Positions 23,629 through 32,922 of a DNA stretch of 64,000 nucleotides are shown piece after piece. The number at the start of each line of letters is the position of its first letter. Positions within the stretch are counted from its first letter, which is position 1. The notes below the pieces were generated by a model, which had not been told where the DNA came from, searched no databases, and saw only the letters and a list, made by a program, of their open reading frames with translations. The stretch is from Gammaproteobacteria bacterium (lineage in GTDB: Bacteria; Pseudomonadota; Gammaproteobacteria; SZUA-152), in contig DRKN01000089.1 in the NCBI GenBank assembly GCA_011051755.1, positions 4,917 to 68,916 on the forward strand, given 5' to 3'. The position numbers and the translations under genes are program-made.

Positions 23629-25941
23629 ATGAAGCTGACAGACTCGACACCCGGGCACCGGGACGCCCACTGCCATTTTTCACGACTGGCCCTGCTGCTG
23701 GCAGTCTGTCTGCTGCTGGCCGGAACCCCGTCCCGGGCCGCGGACAGCATGGCCGAACCCGTCGACGACGTGCGCGTGCTGATCGATATCTCCGGCAGTA
23801 TGAAGCGCACGGATCCGCATAACCTGCGCCGCCCAGCCCTGCGCCTGTTCACCTCCCTGCTACCCAAGGGCGCCCATGCCGGCGTATGGACCTTCGGCCA
23901 GTGGACCAATATGCTGGTCAAACACGGCCAAGTAGACACCCCATGGAAAAATAATGCCCGCAAGAGCGCTGGCGGAATCAACTCACGAGGCCTGTATACC
24001 AACATCGAAGACGTCCTGCGCCGCGCCACCTGGGACTGGAAACGCCCGGACGCGGGCCACCGCCGCAGCCTGATCCTGCTCACCGATGGTCTGGTCGACA
24101 TCTCAAAGAACCCCGCTGAAGACACCGCCTCGCGCGAGCGCATTCTCAACGACGTGTTACCCCGTCTGCAACAGGCCGGCATTACCGTGCACACCATCGC
24201 CTTGTCCAGCGAATCCGATGCCCCCCTGTTGCAACAGCTGGCCGCCGCCACTGGCGGCTGGTTCGAGACCATCGAATCCGCTGACGGCCTGGAGCGCCTG
24301 TTCCTGCGCATGTTCGAAAAGGTCAGCAAGGCCGACACCCTGCCGCTGGAGGACAACAGGGTCAACATCGACAACAGCATTCACGAGGCCACTTTTTTGG
24401 TCTTCCGCAAACCCGATGCCGGTACCACCACGATCACCGCCCCCGATGGCGGCAGCTTCGACCGGCAACAACTGCCCGCCGGCGTGGAATGGTTCGAGGA
24501 CGAACGCTACGAGCTGATCACGGTGCAGAATCCGCCACCCGGTGAGTGGCGCATCAATGCCGACGTCGACCCGGACAACCGCGTCATGGTGGTCACCGAC
24601 CTGCGCATGAAAAACACCGAGCTTCCCAACGATCTCTCGGTTGGACGACCGCTGTTGTTCACTATGCAACTGGAGCAGAGGGGAAAAATCATCGATCGTC
24701 CGGACTTCCTGCAATTCGTCAAGGTCACCCTGACACAGGTTTCTGCTAACGGTGATGAATGGCAGTGGCGCCTGCGCGACGACGGCAAGCACGCCGACCT
24801 CACCGCCAACGATGGCATTTTTTCTACCCGTCTGGGTGAGTCACTCATCGAGGGCGAGCACGCGTTCATTCTCGATGTGGACGGCATCACCTTCAAACGT
24901 AACAAGCATCAGCAGGTCAAGGTCTACGGCCAACCGGTAGACGCCCACATCGAAGCGCTGGGGCACGACCGCTTCGCCCTCATTATCGTGCCCTATGTCA
25001 GCCTCATCGACCCGCACAGTATGCACATCGACATCGAACACGTACTGCCCAACGGACGCCTGGAAAAGGCTGAGGCAACGCAGGTGAGCACCGTCGAATG
25101 GCGCCTGGAATTGGATGCCAGCGGCAGCACTGGCGAACACGAACTGACTGCCCACATCCGTGGACAACGCAGTGACGGCAGTCCGGTCAATGTACAGCTC
25201 GGCCCGATCCACTTTGCGACTGGCGGCGACGCCACGCCACATGAACGCACACCCATGCGGGCACCGCAACCTGAGCAGCATGAAGCACCGGCCCACGAGC
25301 CACCCGTTGCCGAACATCAACCACCTCCCGTTCACCACGAAGCCGAACCTGCAGCCGAAAAACCGAAACTTGAGCAGCCGGTCGAAGACAGCGGCCACGC
25401 TGCCGAAGAAGACGAGCATCCGCCACAGATCGGCTGGGGCATGATCATCGGCAGCATCGTGGGTCTGACGGTATTGATCGGTGGTTTGGTGTTCGGCGGC
25501 ATCAAGCTGTGGCCGAAAATCCAGGCCATGCGTAAACGCAAAGAGGAAGGCTCCGCCAAAGAAGAAAAGAAGGAAGAGCCACCAGTGGCGGCGGCAACCG
25601 CAGCAGCGCCGGCGCCAGAAGCGGAAGAAGCGGAAGAAGCGGAACCCGACACTGGCGTACCCGACGTGGATCAGGCCATCGACGAATTACTGGGTGACAG
25701 CACGCCACAGGAAACACCCCGGGAAACAGAAACAGCCGAACTCGATCCCGAGTTGGATCTCAGCGCCGATGATGGCGAGGAACCCGCCGAGGTCAAAGAA
25801 GTCACGGAAATGGATGCCGTTGAAGAACCCCAAAAAACCGCCACACAGGAAACGGTCAGCAAAGAAGCCGAGGAAATCGCCGAAATCCCCGAAGATCTTA
25901 TCTCACTGGATGACGACAACAAGGACAACAAAAAGGCTTGA
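23629..25941 (+). CDS. Secreted/membrane-anchored von Willebrand factor A (VWA) domain protein with a C-terminal TM helix and an acidic, Pro/Glu-rich cytoplasmic tail
   Basis: 770 aa. It has a signal peptide, then the MIDAS motif LIDISGSM and the LTDG VWA blocks, then about 300 aa of beta-rich sequence. A single TM helix (GWGMIIGSIVGLTVLIGGLVFGGI) is followed by KRKEEG and a long E/P/A-rich tail. Confidence 0.75.
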   Translation: MKLTDSTPGHRDAHCHFSRLALLLAVCLLLAGTPSRAADSMAEPVDDVRVLIDISGSMKRTDPHNLRRPALRLFTSLLPKGAHAGVWTFGQWTNMLVKHGQVDTPWKNNARKSAGGINSRGLYTNIEDVLRRATWDWKRPDAGHRRSLILLTDGLVDISKNPAEDTASRERILNDVLPRLQQAGITVHTIALSSESDAPLLQQLAAATGGWFETIESADGLERLFLRMFEKVSKADTLPLEDNRVNIDNSIHEATFLVFRKPDAGTTTITAPDGGSFDRQQLPAGVEWFEDERYELITVQNPPPGEWRINADVDPDNRVMVVTDLRMKNTELPNDLSVGRPLLFTMQLEQRGKIIDRPDFLQFVKVTLTQVSANGDEWQWRLRDDGKHADLTANDGIFSTRLGESLIEGEHAFILDVDGITFKRNKHQQVKVYGQPVDAHIEALGHDRFALIIVPYVSLIDPHSMHIDIEHVLPNGRLEKAEATQVSTVEWRLELDASGSTGEHELTAHIRGQRSDGSPVNVQLGPIHFATGGDATPHERTPMRAPQPEQHEAPAHEPPVAEHQPPPVHHEAEPAAEKPKLEQPVEDSGHAAEEDEHPPQIGWGMIIGSIVGLTVLIGGLVFGGIKLWPKIQAMRKRKEEGSAKEEKKEEPPVAAATAAAPAPEAEEAEEAEPDTGVPDVDQAIDELLGDSTPQETPRETETAELDPELDLSADDGEEPAEVKEVTEMDAVEEPQKTATQETVSKEAEEIAEIPEDLISLDDDNKDNKKA

Positions 25942-26050
25942 TCAGGCCTTTATTTGTAGGATCGGCTAATACCCAAAGGGCACGATGAGCCGTTCCCACA
26001 AATGACACACAGATGAAATTCAAGCAATCACACCGCACTAAACCAACACC

Positions 26051-27688
26051 ATGAAAGCACCCAAGCTATGGAGTCTGCAAAGCAAATCCATTCTGGTCGT
26101 GGATGACTTCCCCGGCATGCGCTCCATGATGCGTGGCATGCTGTCGGCCTATGGCGCCGATGACATCACCGACACCAGCAATGGCGAAGAGGCCATCAAG
26201 CGCATGCATGACAAAAGCTTTGACATCGTGCTCTGTGATTATAATCTTGGCGAAGGCAAGGATGGTCAGCAGGTGCTGGAAGAGGCCAAGGAAGACAACC
26301 TGCTACCCTACTCGTCCATCTTCATCATGACGACGGCGGAAAACAGCATGGAAATGGTCATGGGCGCGGCCGAATATCAGCCGGACGACTACCTCTCCAA
26401 ACCCTTCACCAAGCAGGTGTTGCAGACACGCCTCAAGCGCCTGCTGGCGCGCAAATCCAGTCTGCGAAAAATTGCCAGCGCCATGCAAAAAAAGGATTAC
26501 AGCCACGCCCTCAGTCTGTGCAAAAAACAGCTCGCACTACAGCCCGGCAACCGCTTCGAACTGCTCAGGCTCAAGGGTGAGCTGTCTATCAAGGCACAGC
26601 ACTTCGATGCCGCCGCCGCCGCCTTCGCCGAGGTCATGGCCGAACGCGAACTGCCCTGGGCCAAGCTCGGTTACGGCGAGGCCTTGTATCATCGCGAACG
26701 CTACGAAGAGGCCAAGAGCACCTTTAAGGAACTCATCAAGAGCAACCCCAACTACGTCTTCGCCCATGACTGGCTGGCCCGGGTCTACAAAAAGCTGAAT
26801 GAACCGGAAATGGCTCAGGAGATCCTCACCGAAGCCACGGAAAAATCGCCCAAAGCGGTACTGCGTCAGCGCGCGCTGGCCGAGATATCGTATCAGAACG
26901 AAGATCTGGATAGCGCCGAAGAAGCTTACCGGCGCGTGATGCGGCTGGGGAAAAACTCCTGCTATAAAAGCCCCACCGATTATGCCTCGCTCAGCCGTGT
27001 TTATCTGCAGAAAGGCAACAATGCCGAGGCCGTGAAGACCCTGGCATCGATGAAAAAGGAATTCCAGCGCGGCAAATCCGGCGACCGTCTGCATGCCGTC
27101 ATTCTGGAAATCATGCTCTACAAGGACATGGCGCGAGAAGACGAGGCACGTAAGGGCATCAGCGAGGCCATGAAACTGTTCCGCAACAACCCCGGCGGGC
27201 TCAACACTCAGCTGGCGATGGATCTTGCCAGTGCCTGCTACGGTTTAGGACTGAAAGAAGAAGGCGACGAAATCGTGCGCCATATCGTGCGCAATAACCA
27301 CGAAGATCAGGCCATCCTCGATGGCGTGCAAAGCATGATGGAAGACTGCGGGATTGGCGACTCGGCCGCAGATCTCATCGCCGCCACCCGCGATGAAGTC
27401 ATCGCCCTCAACAACCGCGGCGTGGAAATGGCCACTAACGGCGCCCTGCAAGACTCCATCAAGCTGTTCGCCCAGGCCGCAGACGGCATGCCGGAAAATC
27501 TGGTCATCAACCTCAATGCCGCACAGTCACTGATCATGTTCATGCAGCGCTACGGCGCGGTGCCGGAATTTCTTGAACAAACCCAGGCTTACCTGGTGCG
27601 CGCCCAGTCGCTCAACAAACCCAGCCAGAAACAGGACAAACTGCAAACCGCCTACCGCAAGTTGGTCACTTCACTGGCCAAGGCATGA
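26051..27688 (+). CDS. Response regulator: CheY-like receiver fused to TPR repeats, with no DNA-binding or enzymatic output
   Basis: The receiver has ILVVDDF, the phospho-acceptor D in IVLCDYNL, and the T and K motifs. It is followed by about 400 aa of TPR-like helical repeats. Confidence 0.8.
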   Translation: MKAPKLWSLQSKSILVVDDFPGMRSMMRGMLSAYGADDITDTSNGEEAIKRMHDKSFDIVLCDYNLGEGKDGQQVLEEAKEDNLLPYSSIFIMTTAENSMEMVMGAAEYQPDDYLSKPFTKQVLQTRLKRLLARKSSLRKIASAMQKKDYSHALSLCKKQLALQPGNRFELLRLKGELSIKAQHFDAAAAAFAEVMAERELPWAKLGYGEALYHRERYEEAKSTFKELIKSNPNYVFAHDWLARVYKKLNEPEMAQEILTEATEKSPKAVLRQRALAEISYQNEDLDSAEEAYRRVMRLGKNSCYKSPTDYASLSRVYLQKGNNAEAVKTLASMKKEFQRGKSGDRLHAVILEIMLYKDMAREDEARKGISEAMKLFRNNPGGLNTQLAMDLASACYGLGLKEEGDEIVRHIVRNNHEDQAILDGVQSMMEDCGIGDSAADLIAATRDEVIALNNRGVEMATNGALQDSIKLFAQAADGMPENLVINLNAAQSLIMFMQRYGAVPEFLEQTQAYLVRAQSLNKPSQKQDKLQTAYRKLVTSLAKA

Positions 27689-27701
27689 GACGGATAAAGT
27701 C

Positions 27702-28394
27702 ATGAGCAACAATGCGCAAAAACTGGATTTCGCCACCGTGATCGCCAGCGCCGTTCACGACATGAAAAACTCCCTTACCCTGCTACTGGACACGCTGGAT
27801 GACACCGCCAGCGAGCAAAGCATTGCAGCAACCCCCTTGCAGGAAAAGCTACTGCAAGCTCAACATGAAGGGAAAAGGCTCAACCGAAATCTCATCCAGC
27901 TACTAGCACTCTATCGCCTGGAGCGTCGCCAGCTATTCATCAATATCACCGAGAACGGTGTTGCCGAACTACTCGAAGATGTCGCCATGGAAAACCAGCA
28001 ACTGCTGGATGCCAGAAATATAAAACTGGAAATAGATTGTGAAAGAGGACTCATCGGATTTTTTGATCGTGAGCTTATTAGCGGAATCGTTAATACCATC
28101 ATCAACAATTCCTACCGCTACACCAAAAACACCATACGCCTCAGTGGAAAAAATCAAGGCCGCTATCTGTGCATTCATATAGAGGATAATGGCCCTGGCT
28201 ACCCGGAAAAAATGCTACACGGTGAAAGTAACACGGACTCACCCATCGACTTCCAAACCGGCAGCACTGGTCTTGGCCTCTATTTCGCTGCGCAGATCGC
28301 TCGAATGCACAGTAATAGTGAATGTCATGGCTATACCGAAACCAGCAACGATGGCATCAACAAGGGTGGCAAATTCAGTCTGTTCTTACCCTGA
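27702..28394 (+). CDS. Soluble, sensor-less histidine kinase (HisKA-like H-box + HATPase_c)
   Basis: The start MSNNAQKLDFATVIASAVHDMKNSL is 13 nt after the receiver-TPR stop. It has the N-box IINNSYRYT and the G-boxes DNGPGY and GSTGLGL. About 230 aa with no TM or sensor domain. Confidence 0.75.
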   Translation: MSNNAQKLDFATVIASAVHDMKNSLTLLLDTLDDTASEQSIAATPLQEKLLQAQHEGKRLNRNLIQLLALYRLERRQLFINITENGVAELLEDVAMENQQLLDARNIKLEIDCERGLIGFFDRELISGIVNTIINNSYRYTKNTIRLSGKNQGRYLCIHIEDNGPGYPEKMLHGESNTDSPIDFQTGSTGLGLYFAAQIARMHSNSECHGYTETSNDGINKGGKFSLFLP

Positions 28395-28536
28395 CACCGA
28401 CGGCAAACGGGGCGGCCGGCCCGCTTTTGCAATCCAGCCCTGTCATCAATCCCTGAGATTACACATATAGGACGGTAGGTTTCACGCATCGGTCGAGAGC
28501 AGTGACGCCGATAAATAGGGAGATGTCTATCCATAT

Positions 28537-28666
28537 TTGTGCGCACAGCGCACACTACACTTGCCCGTAGCATGCACTGTGCGCACGACATCCCTGAAAT
28601 AGAACCACTCAGCAACAAAAAACATGAAATACAAGCCTGTAGGGTGGGCACGTCTTTGGTGCCCAC
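28537..28666. repeat. REP cluster: family-C doublet (TGTGCGCACAGCGCACACTAC ... CGTAGCATGCACTGTGCGCACGAC, 28537-28590) plus a family-B copy (28637-28666)
   Basis: Family C (GTAGCGTGCGCCGTGCGCAC) also occurs at 8620-8639, 37339-37363 and 60181-60228. Confidence 0.75.
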
Positions 28667-28727
28667 GCGGTTGACTGTAATGATATAGTTACTTCATTTG
28701 TCTAAAACCCCTAACCGGAGAAAACGA

Positions 28728-29441
28728 ATGGAATTGCCAAATTTAAGGCGCGAAATCAGATACGGAATGCCTGCCGCAGATCAAGTCATATTCAATAGAC
28801 ATTACGTGCTGGGTTATTCGTACTATTTTCGCCAAGCAAAATGGGCTTTGGAAATTGTAGATCCTGACAATATTCGCTTGGATCGCGCAGATAACTTTCG
28901 ACCGGATTACCGAATACCCGAGAATTTTCGGGCTGACCTCGTTGATTATTCCGGCTCTGATTATGACCGCGGCCATCTCGTGGCAAGCGCCAACCAAAGA
29001 GAAACAAAATTACAAAACAGTGAAACATTTCTTTTATCCAATACGTCGCCACAAAGACCCCAATTCAACAGAGATATATGGGGTAAATTGGAAGCTGAAA
29101 TCAGAAATCTGAATGCCAAACCAAAAATACTGGAAACGTATGTCATTTGCGGCCCTATTTTCTATTTTGACAAGCCAGTCGAATGCATAGGAAGCAACGA
29201 TTCCAACAAGGTAAAAATTCCGGTGCCTCATGCCTATTTTAAGTCTGTCTTGACCGAGAATAACAGAGGAACCCTCCACATGTGGTCATTCATACTGGCG
29301 AACGAGGAATCCAACCAGGCACTGGATACATTTGCAGTACCAACGACATTGGTTGAAAAATTAGCCGGCATCAATTTATGGGAAAGTTTGGTAGGAAGAA
29401 AAATTGACCGGGAAAAATCAAGAGTCCGCAAAATGTGGTGA
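28728..29441 (+). CDS. DNA/RNA non-specific endonuclease (Endonuclease_NS / EndoG-NucA family), no signal peptide
   Basis: The beta-beta-alpha-metal catalytic motif DRGHLVASANQ is present. The start MELPNLRR has a GGAG RBS. 237 aa in markedly AT-rich local DNA. Confidence 0.75.
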   Translation: MELPNLRREIRYGMPAADQVIFNRHYVLGYSYYFRQAKWALEIVDPDNIRLDRADNFRPDYRIPENFRADLVDYSGSDYDRGHLVASANQRETKLQNSETFLLSNTSPQRPQFNRDIWGKLEAEIRNLNAKPKILETYVICGPIFYFDKPVECIGSNDSNKVKIPVPHAYFKSVLTENNRGTLHMWSFILANEESNQALDTFAVPTTLVEKLAGINLWESLVGRKIDREKSRVRKMW

Positions 29442-29699
29442 ACCCTCAAAAAAACCAGCCGCAAAATTTTGATGCCTTGCCACAGGCGGGCGCACAGTGG
29501 CCAAACACGGCATATATTGTTGCCGGGTTAATATTGTCGATTGGTGGTGACGCAGGAATCCCAACATTGTTGGTTTCGTTGGGGTTCGCAAGCTCACCAC
29601 CAACCTGCAAAACAGTCATTATCTTGTTAACTTAATGGCATTGATGGGCTTTCCATCCCATTGCCCTATTTCCAGCTTAGTGCTCATCACCGTCTCGGG

Positions 29700-30896
29700 C
29701 TAACGTCGTGATTCAATAACTTCACGTATCTCATCGTCGGTTAACACGATGGGGTTGGTGCGCATACTGCCACTGCGACAACCGGCAACGATGCTGTCCA
29801 CGTCCGATGCCCGGACACCATAGTGACCCAGGCGCGGAAGCGCCATTCGTTGGATCCATTCATGGAGTCTCGTGATCAACGCCGCCCATGCCTGCGGGTC
29901 GGTTAATTCTGCACCCGGATTCAACAAACGACCAAGCTGCGCATATTTTTCCAGCGCCGGACTGTCCGGCTGGCGTTGGCGCAGGCTGCGGATATTGCGC
30001 TCAGTGGCGGCTGCAACCAAGGTGCCACAGACAACGCCGTGGGGAATAGGAAAATAGGCACCGAGTGGCGACGCCAAACCATGTACGGACCCCAAGCCCA
30101 CCTGTGCCAGGGTAATGCCGGAGATGAGCGCGCCATAAGCTATGCCGGCACGTCCTTGCCTGGCCGCCGCACCATCCCCCCCTTCCCAGGCCGCCAAAAA
30201 ATGCTGGGTCATCGCTTGCAGACCACTCCATGCCAAGGCGTCCGTTAGCGGGTTTGCACGACACGACAGATACGATTCCAACAACTGGGTGAAAGCATCC
30301 ATGCCATTGGCGGCGATCAGCGCGGGTGGACAGGAGGCCAGCAATAACGGATCGACAACGGCAACCTCGGCCACCAGATCGGGATGACGAAACGATTTTT
30401 TAAAGCCATCACGCCCTTGCTCACTAAGCACCGCATTCATGGTGGCTTCACTGCCAGTACCGGCAGTAGTGGGTACCGCAATGAAAGGCACGGCAGGCCC
30501 CGCATAACTGAGACCCTGACCAACACCTTCCAGATAATCCATGACCGAATTCCCTTTTGGCAAGAGTCCGGCAATGGCCTTGGCCGCATCCAACACACTG
30601 CCACCACCAATTCCCAGAACGATATCAATACCTTTTTGGTAAAACTCCGCCACAATCCGATCCACCTGCTGTGGCGATGGCTCCCCGTCGACGATGACAT
30701 CGCTCCACTGCAATCCTGCCGCCGTCAGTGCATCCCGAAGCGGCGGCCAGTAGGGCGTGGCGCGAAAAGAGGAGGCTCCGGTCACCAATAACATCTGCCG
30801 ACCATAGGTGGCCACCAGGGCTGGTAGTTGCGTGTGGCTGTTTTCAGCAAAAATAATCCGTGGCAGACGGACGGTGGAAAATGCGGGTATCTCCAT
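29700..30896 (-). CDS. Iron-containing (group III) alcohol dehydrogenase
   Basis: The start MEIPAFSTV is at 30894-30896. It has GIGGGSVLDAAKA and the Fe-ADH His cluster. The track ORF has a long N-terminal over-extension. Confidence 0.8.
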   Translation of the reverse strand: MEIPAFSTVRLPRIIFAENSHTQLPALVATYGRQMLLVTGASSFRATPYWPPLRDALTAAGLQWSDVIVDGEPSPQQVDRIVAEFYQKGIDIVLGIGGGSVLDAAKAIAGLLPKGNSVMDYLEGVGQGLSYAGPAVPFIAVPTTAGTGSEATMNAVLSEQGRDGFKKSFRHPDLVAEVAVVDPLLLASCPPALIAANGMDAFTQLLESYLSCRANPLTDALAWSGLQAMTQHFLAAWEGGDGAAARQGRAGIAYGALISGITLAQVGLGSVHGLASPLGAYFPIPHGVVCGTLVAAATERNIRSLRQRQPDSPALEKYAQLGRLLNPGAELTDPQAWAALITRLHEWIQRMALPRLGHYGVRASDVDSIVAGCRSGSMRTNPIVLTDDEIREVIESRR

Positions 30897-30900
30897 CGAC

Positions 30901-31197
30901 TCAGTACTCTGGATACAGGCCGATGTAGCGTACCCCCTGGCGCGGCGATGCCATCCAATCGGCAACAGCCTCCCGCCATGCCAGGTAGTGCGCGGTCTTT
31001 TTATGCGCGGCGGCAGCATCGGCATCACGATAGGCTTCGTAAAGGATGAACTGGCCGGGGGAATCCACCATTTGTAATACATCAAAGCGTAAATTTCCGG
31101 ACTCCTGCACAGAGGCTTCATGATTCAAGCGTGTTGCCGCAATAAAATCATCAATGTGCTCGGCTTTGACGTTGACCTTGACCAGCGTTGTATGCAT
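30901..31197 (-). CDS. ABM-family (antibiotic biosynthesis monooxygenase / YgiN-like) small monooxygenase
   Basis: 98 aa in the ferredoxin-like ABM fold pattern. It is 4 nt upstream of the ADH gene. Confidence 0.6.
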   Translation of the reverse strand: MHTTLVKVNVKAEHIDDFIAATRLNHEASVQESGNLRFDVLQMVDSPGQFILYEAYRDADAAAAHKKTAHYLAWREAVADWMASPRQGVRYIGLYPEY

Positions 31198-31257
31198 GGC
31201 ACGTTCTCCTATTCTTTACTGCGCTATCGGTCGATACCATTTCAATGTGCATGCCCC

Positions 31258-32919
31258 TTAACTGTCAAGCAATGGACAGTCCACGGGTAACAGTACCGTG
31301 AATGTCGATCCGACGTTCACGGTCGACGTGGCCATCAGGCGGCCACCCATTAATTCACAATAACTGCGGCTGATCGTCAAACCGAGACCGGTGCCCCCAT
31401 AACGCCGGGTGGTACTGGTATCCGCCTGGGAAAAAGGCTGAAAAATATGCTCCAGACGGTCAGCGGGAATGCCAATCCCGGTATCTCGAACCTCGAATGC
31501 GAATTGATCCCCATCCTCGTCTGTATGACGTAAAACAACATGAATATCAATCACGCCGGCAGTCGTAAACTTAGTGGCATTCGAGACGAGATTCAGGAGT
31601 ACTTGATGTAAACGCTCTCTATCGGCCCATACGCTATCCTGGGATACCTTACGTGTCACGCGCAACGTATTACCACGCTGCTCAACCGCAGGCGCAATTG
31701 TCACGCGGACTTCTTCCAGCAAGCTATCCAAATCGACCCAGGTCATATTCATGTCAATGCGTTCAGCCTCGATTTTGGACAAATCAAGGACATCGTCGAT
31801 GAGTGATAGCAATTGCGTGGCGGCCAGCAATATTCGCTTGAGATCGCTGACCATCTCCATGTTTTCATACGCTTGCGCATCCTCGGAGAGTAATTCTGCA
31901 TAGCCAATAATGGCATTCAACGGGGTGCGTAGCTCATGACTCATGTTGGCGAGAAAACTGGATTTAGCGCGATTCTCTGACAATGCCGTATCACGTGCAA
32001 TCACCAGTTCGGCATTCATGTCTTGCAAGGCCTGTTCGGCAAACACCCAGCGGGTGACATCGGCAATCACCAATAGCCGATCATCGCCTGCGGTCTCCAT
32101 TAAGGTGACCTCATGGGTGAAACGGTTGCCCAGCGGACTGACATCACCGATGCGCACCGTATTGCCAAGCTCCAATCGGCTGCAATAATGTGACCACCAG
32201 GCATCTGGCGTCCCCCAGTCCGCGAGAATCTCATGCAGCGTGCAGCCGAGGGGAACCAGGTCTGCCGATAGCACATAACCAACACCGGCCCCCACACTAC
32301 CCAAGGCACGTTCAAGAAGGTCGCGGTGAGCCGCAATCGCGGTCGCCGCCTGGTTTTGCTGCTCGCTTTCAAGCCGTAGCTGAAAACCCTGAATAGAGAG
32401 CAGGGCGGCCGATACCATCGGCACAATACGCTGTGCAGTGCGGGTATGGCGGGCGGTAAAAAAACCTTTCTCGGCATGGCCACAAATCAGTACGGCAACA
32501 CTCTCTCCGGCAAAAATAGGAATGTGCAACGCCGAACGAATGCGGCCGAGCAAGGCGGGCGATTGCGCCGCCCAGGCAGGTTGTTTCGAGGTATCAAAGA
32601 CCGCCACAGATTTGCCACGCAGCACTCGTTGTAGCGCGGGGTCGATACATAACTGAACCCCAGAAAGAAGGTGGTCTTCTGCGGCCATTGATACCAATAC
32701 ACTATCGTCAACCAAAAACAGGGCGGCAACATCAAAGTGCAGCAATGGGCCCAGTACATCGACAAGTACCGCATAAACAGCTTCAGGGTCTCGTGCAGTT
32801 GCCAGGAGGGCAACCCCCGCAAGCAGTAAATCACCTTCCTTGCGTCTGGCGCGCTCGTGCTCAAGCTGCACCTGAAGCTCGACCAAACTCTCCCGCAGCT
32901 CTTCATTCACTTGCTTCAT
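31258..32919 (-). CDS. Cytoplasmic sensor histidine kinase with GAF-type sensory region
   Basis: The H-box is SHELRTPLNAIIGYAELL, with the N-box LVSNATKF and the G-boxes DTGIGI and GGTGLGL. There are no TM helices. It starts 4 nt after the FIST gene stop. Confidence 0.8.
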   Translation of the reverse strand: MKQVNEELRESLVELQVQLEHERARRKEGDLLLAGVALLATARDPEAVYAVLVDVLGPLLHFDVAALFLVDDSVLVSMAAEDHLLSGVQLCIDPALQRVLRGKSVAVFDTSKQPAWAAQSPALLGRIRSALHIPIFAGESVAVLICGHAEKGFFTARHTRTAQRIVPMVSAALLSIQGFQLRLESEQQNQAATAIAAHRDLLERALGSVGAGVGYVLSADLVPLGCTLHEILADWGTPDAWWSHYCSRLELGNTVRIGDVSPLGNRFTHEVTLMETAGDDRLLVIADVTRWVFAEQALQDMNAELVIARDTALSENRAKSSFLANMSHELRTPLNAIIGYAELLSEDAQAYENMEMVSDLKRILLAATQLLSLIDDVLDLSKIEAERIDMNMTWVDLDSLLEEVRVTIAPAVEQRGNTLRVTRKVSQDSVWADRERLHQVLLNLVSNATKFTTAGVIDIHVVLRHTDEDGDQFAFEVRDTGIGIPADRLEHIFQPFSQADTSTTRRYGGTGLGLTISRSYCELMGGRLMATSTVNVGSTFTVLLPVDCPLLDS

Positions 32920-32922
32920 GTG

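Noticed and set aside
29435-29635. 66-aa GTG-initiated ORF overlapping the nuclease stop, as a confident gene call
   Set aside because: It runs through a REP-like palindrome and has no RBS of its own. It is kept only as a speculative note in the nuclease finding.
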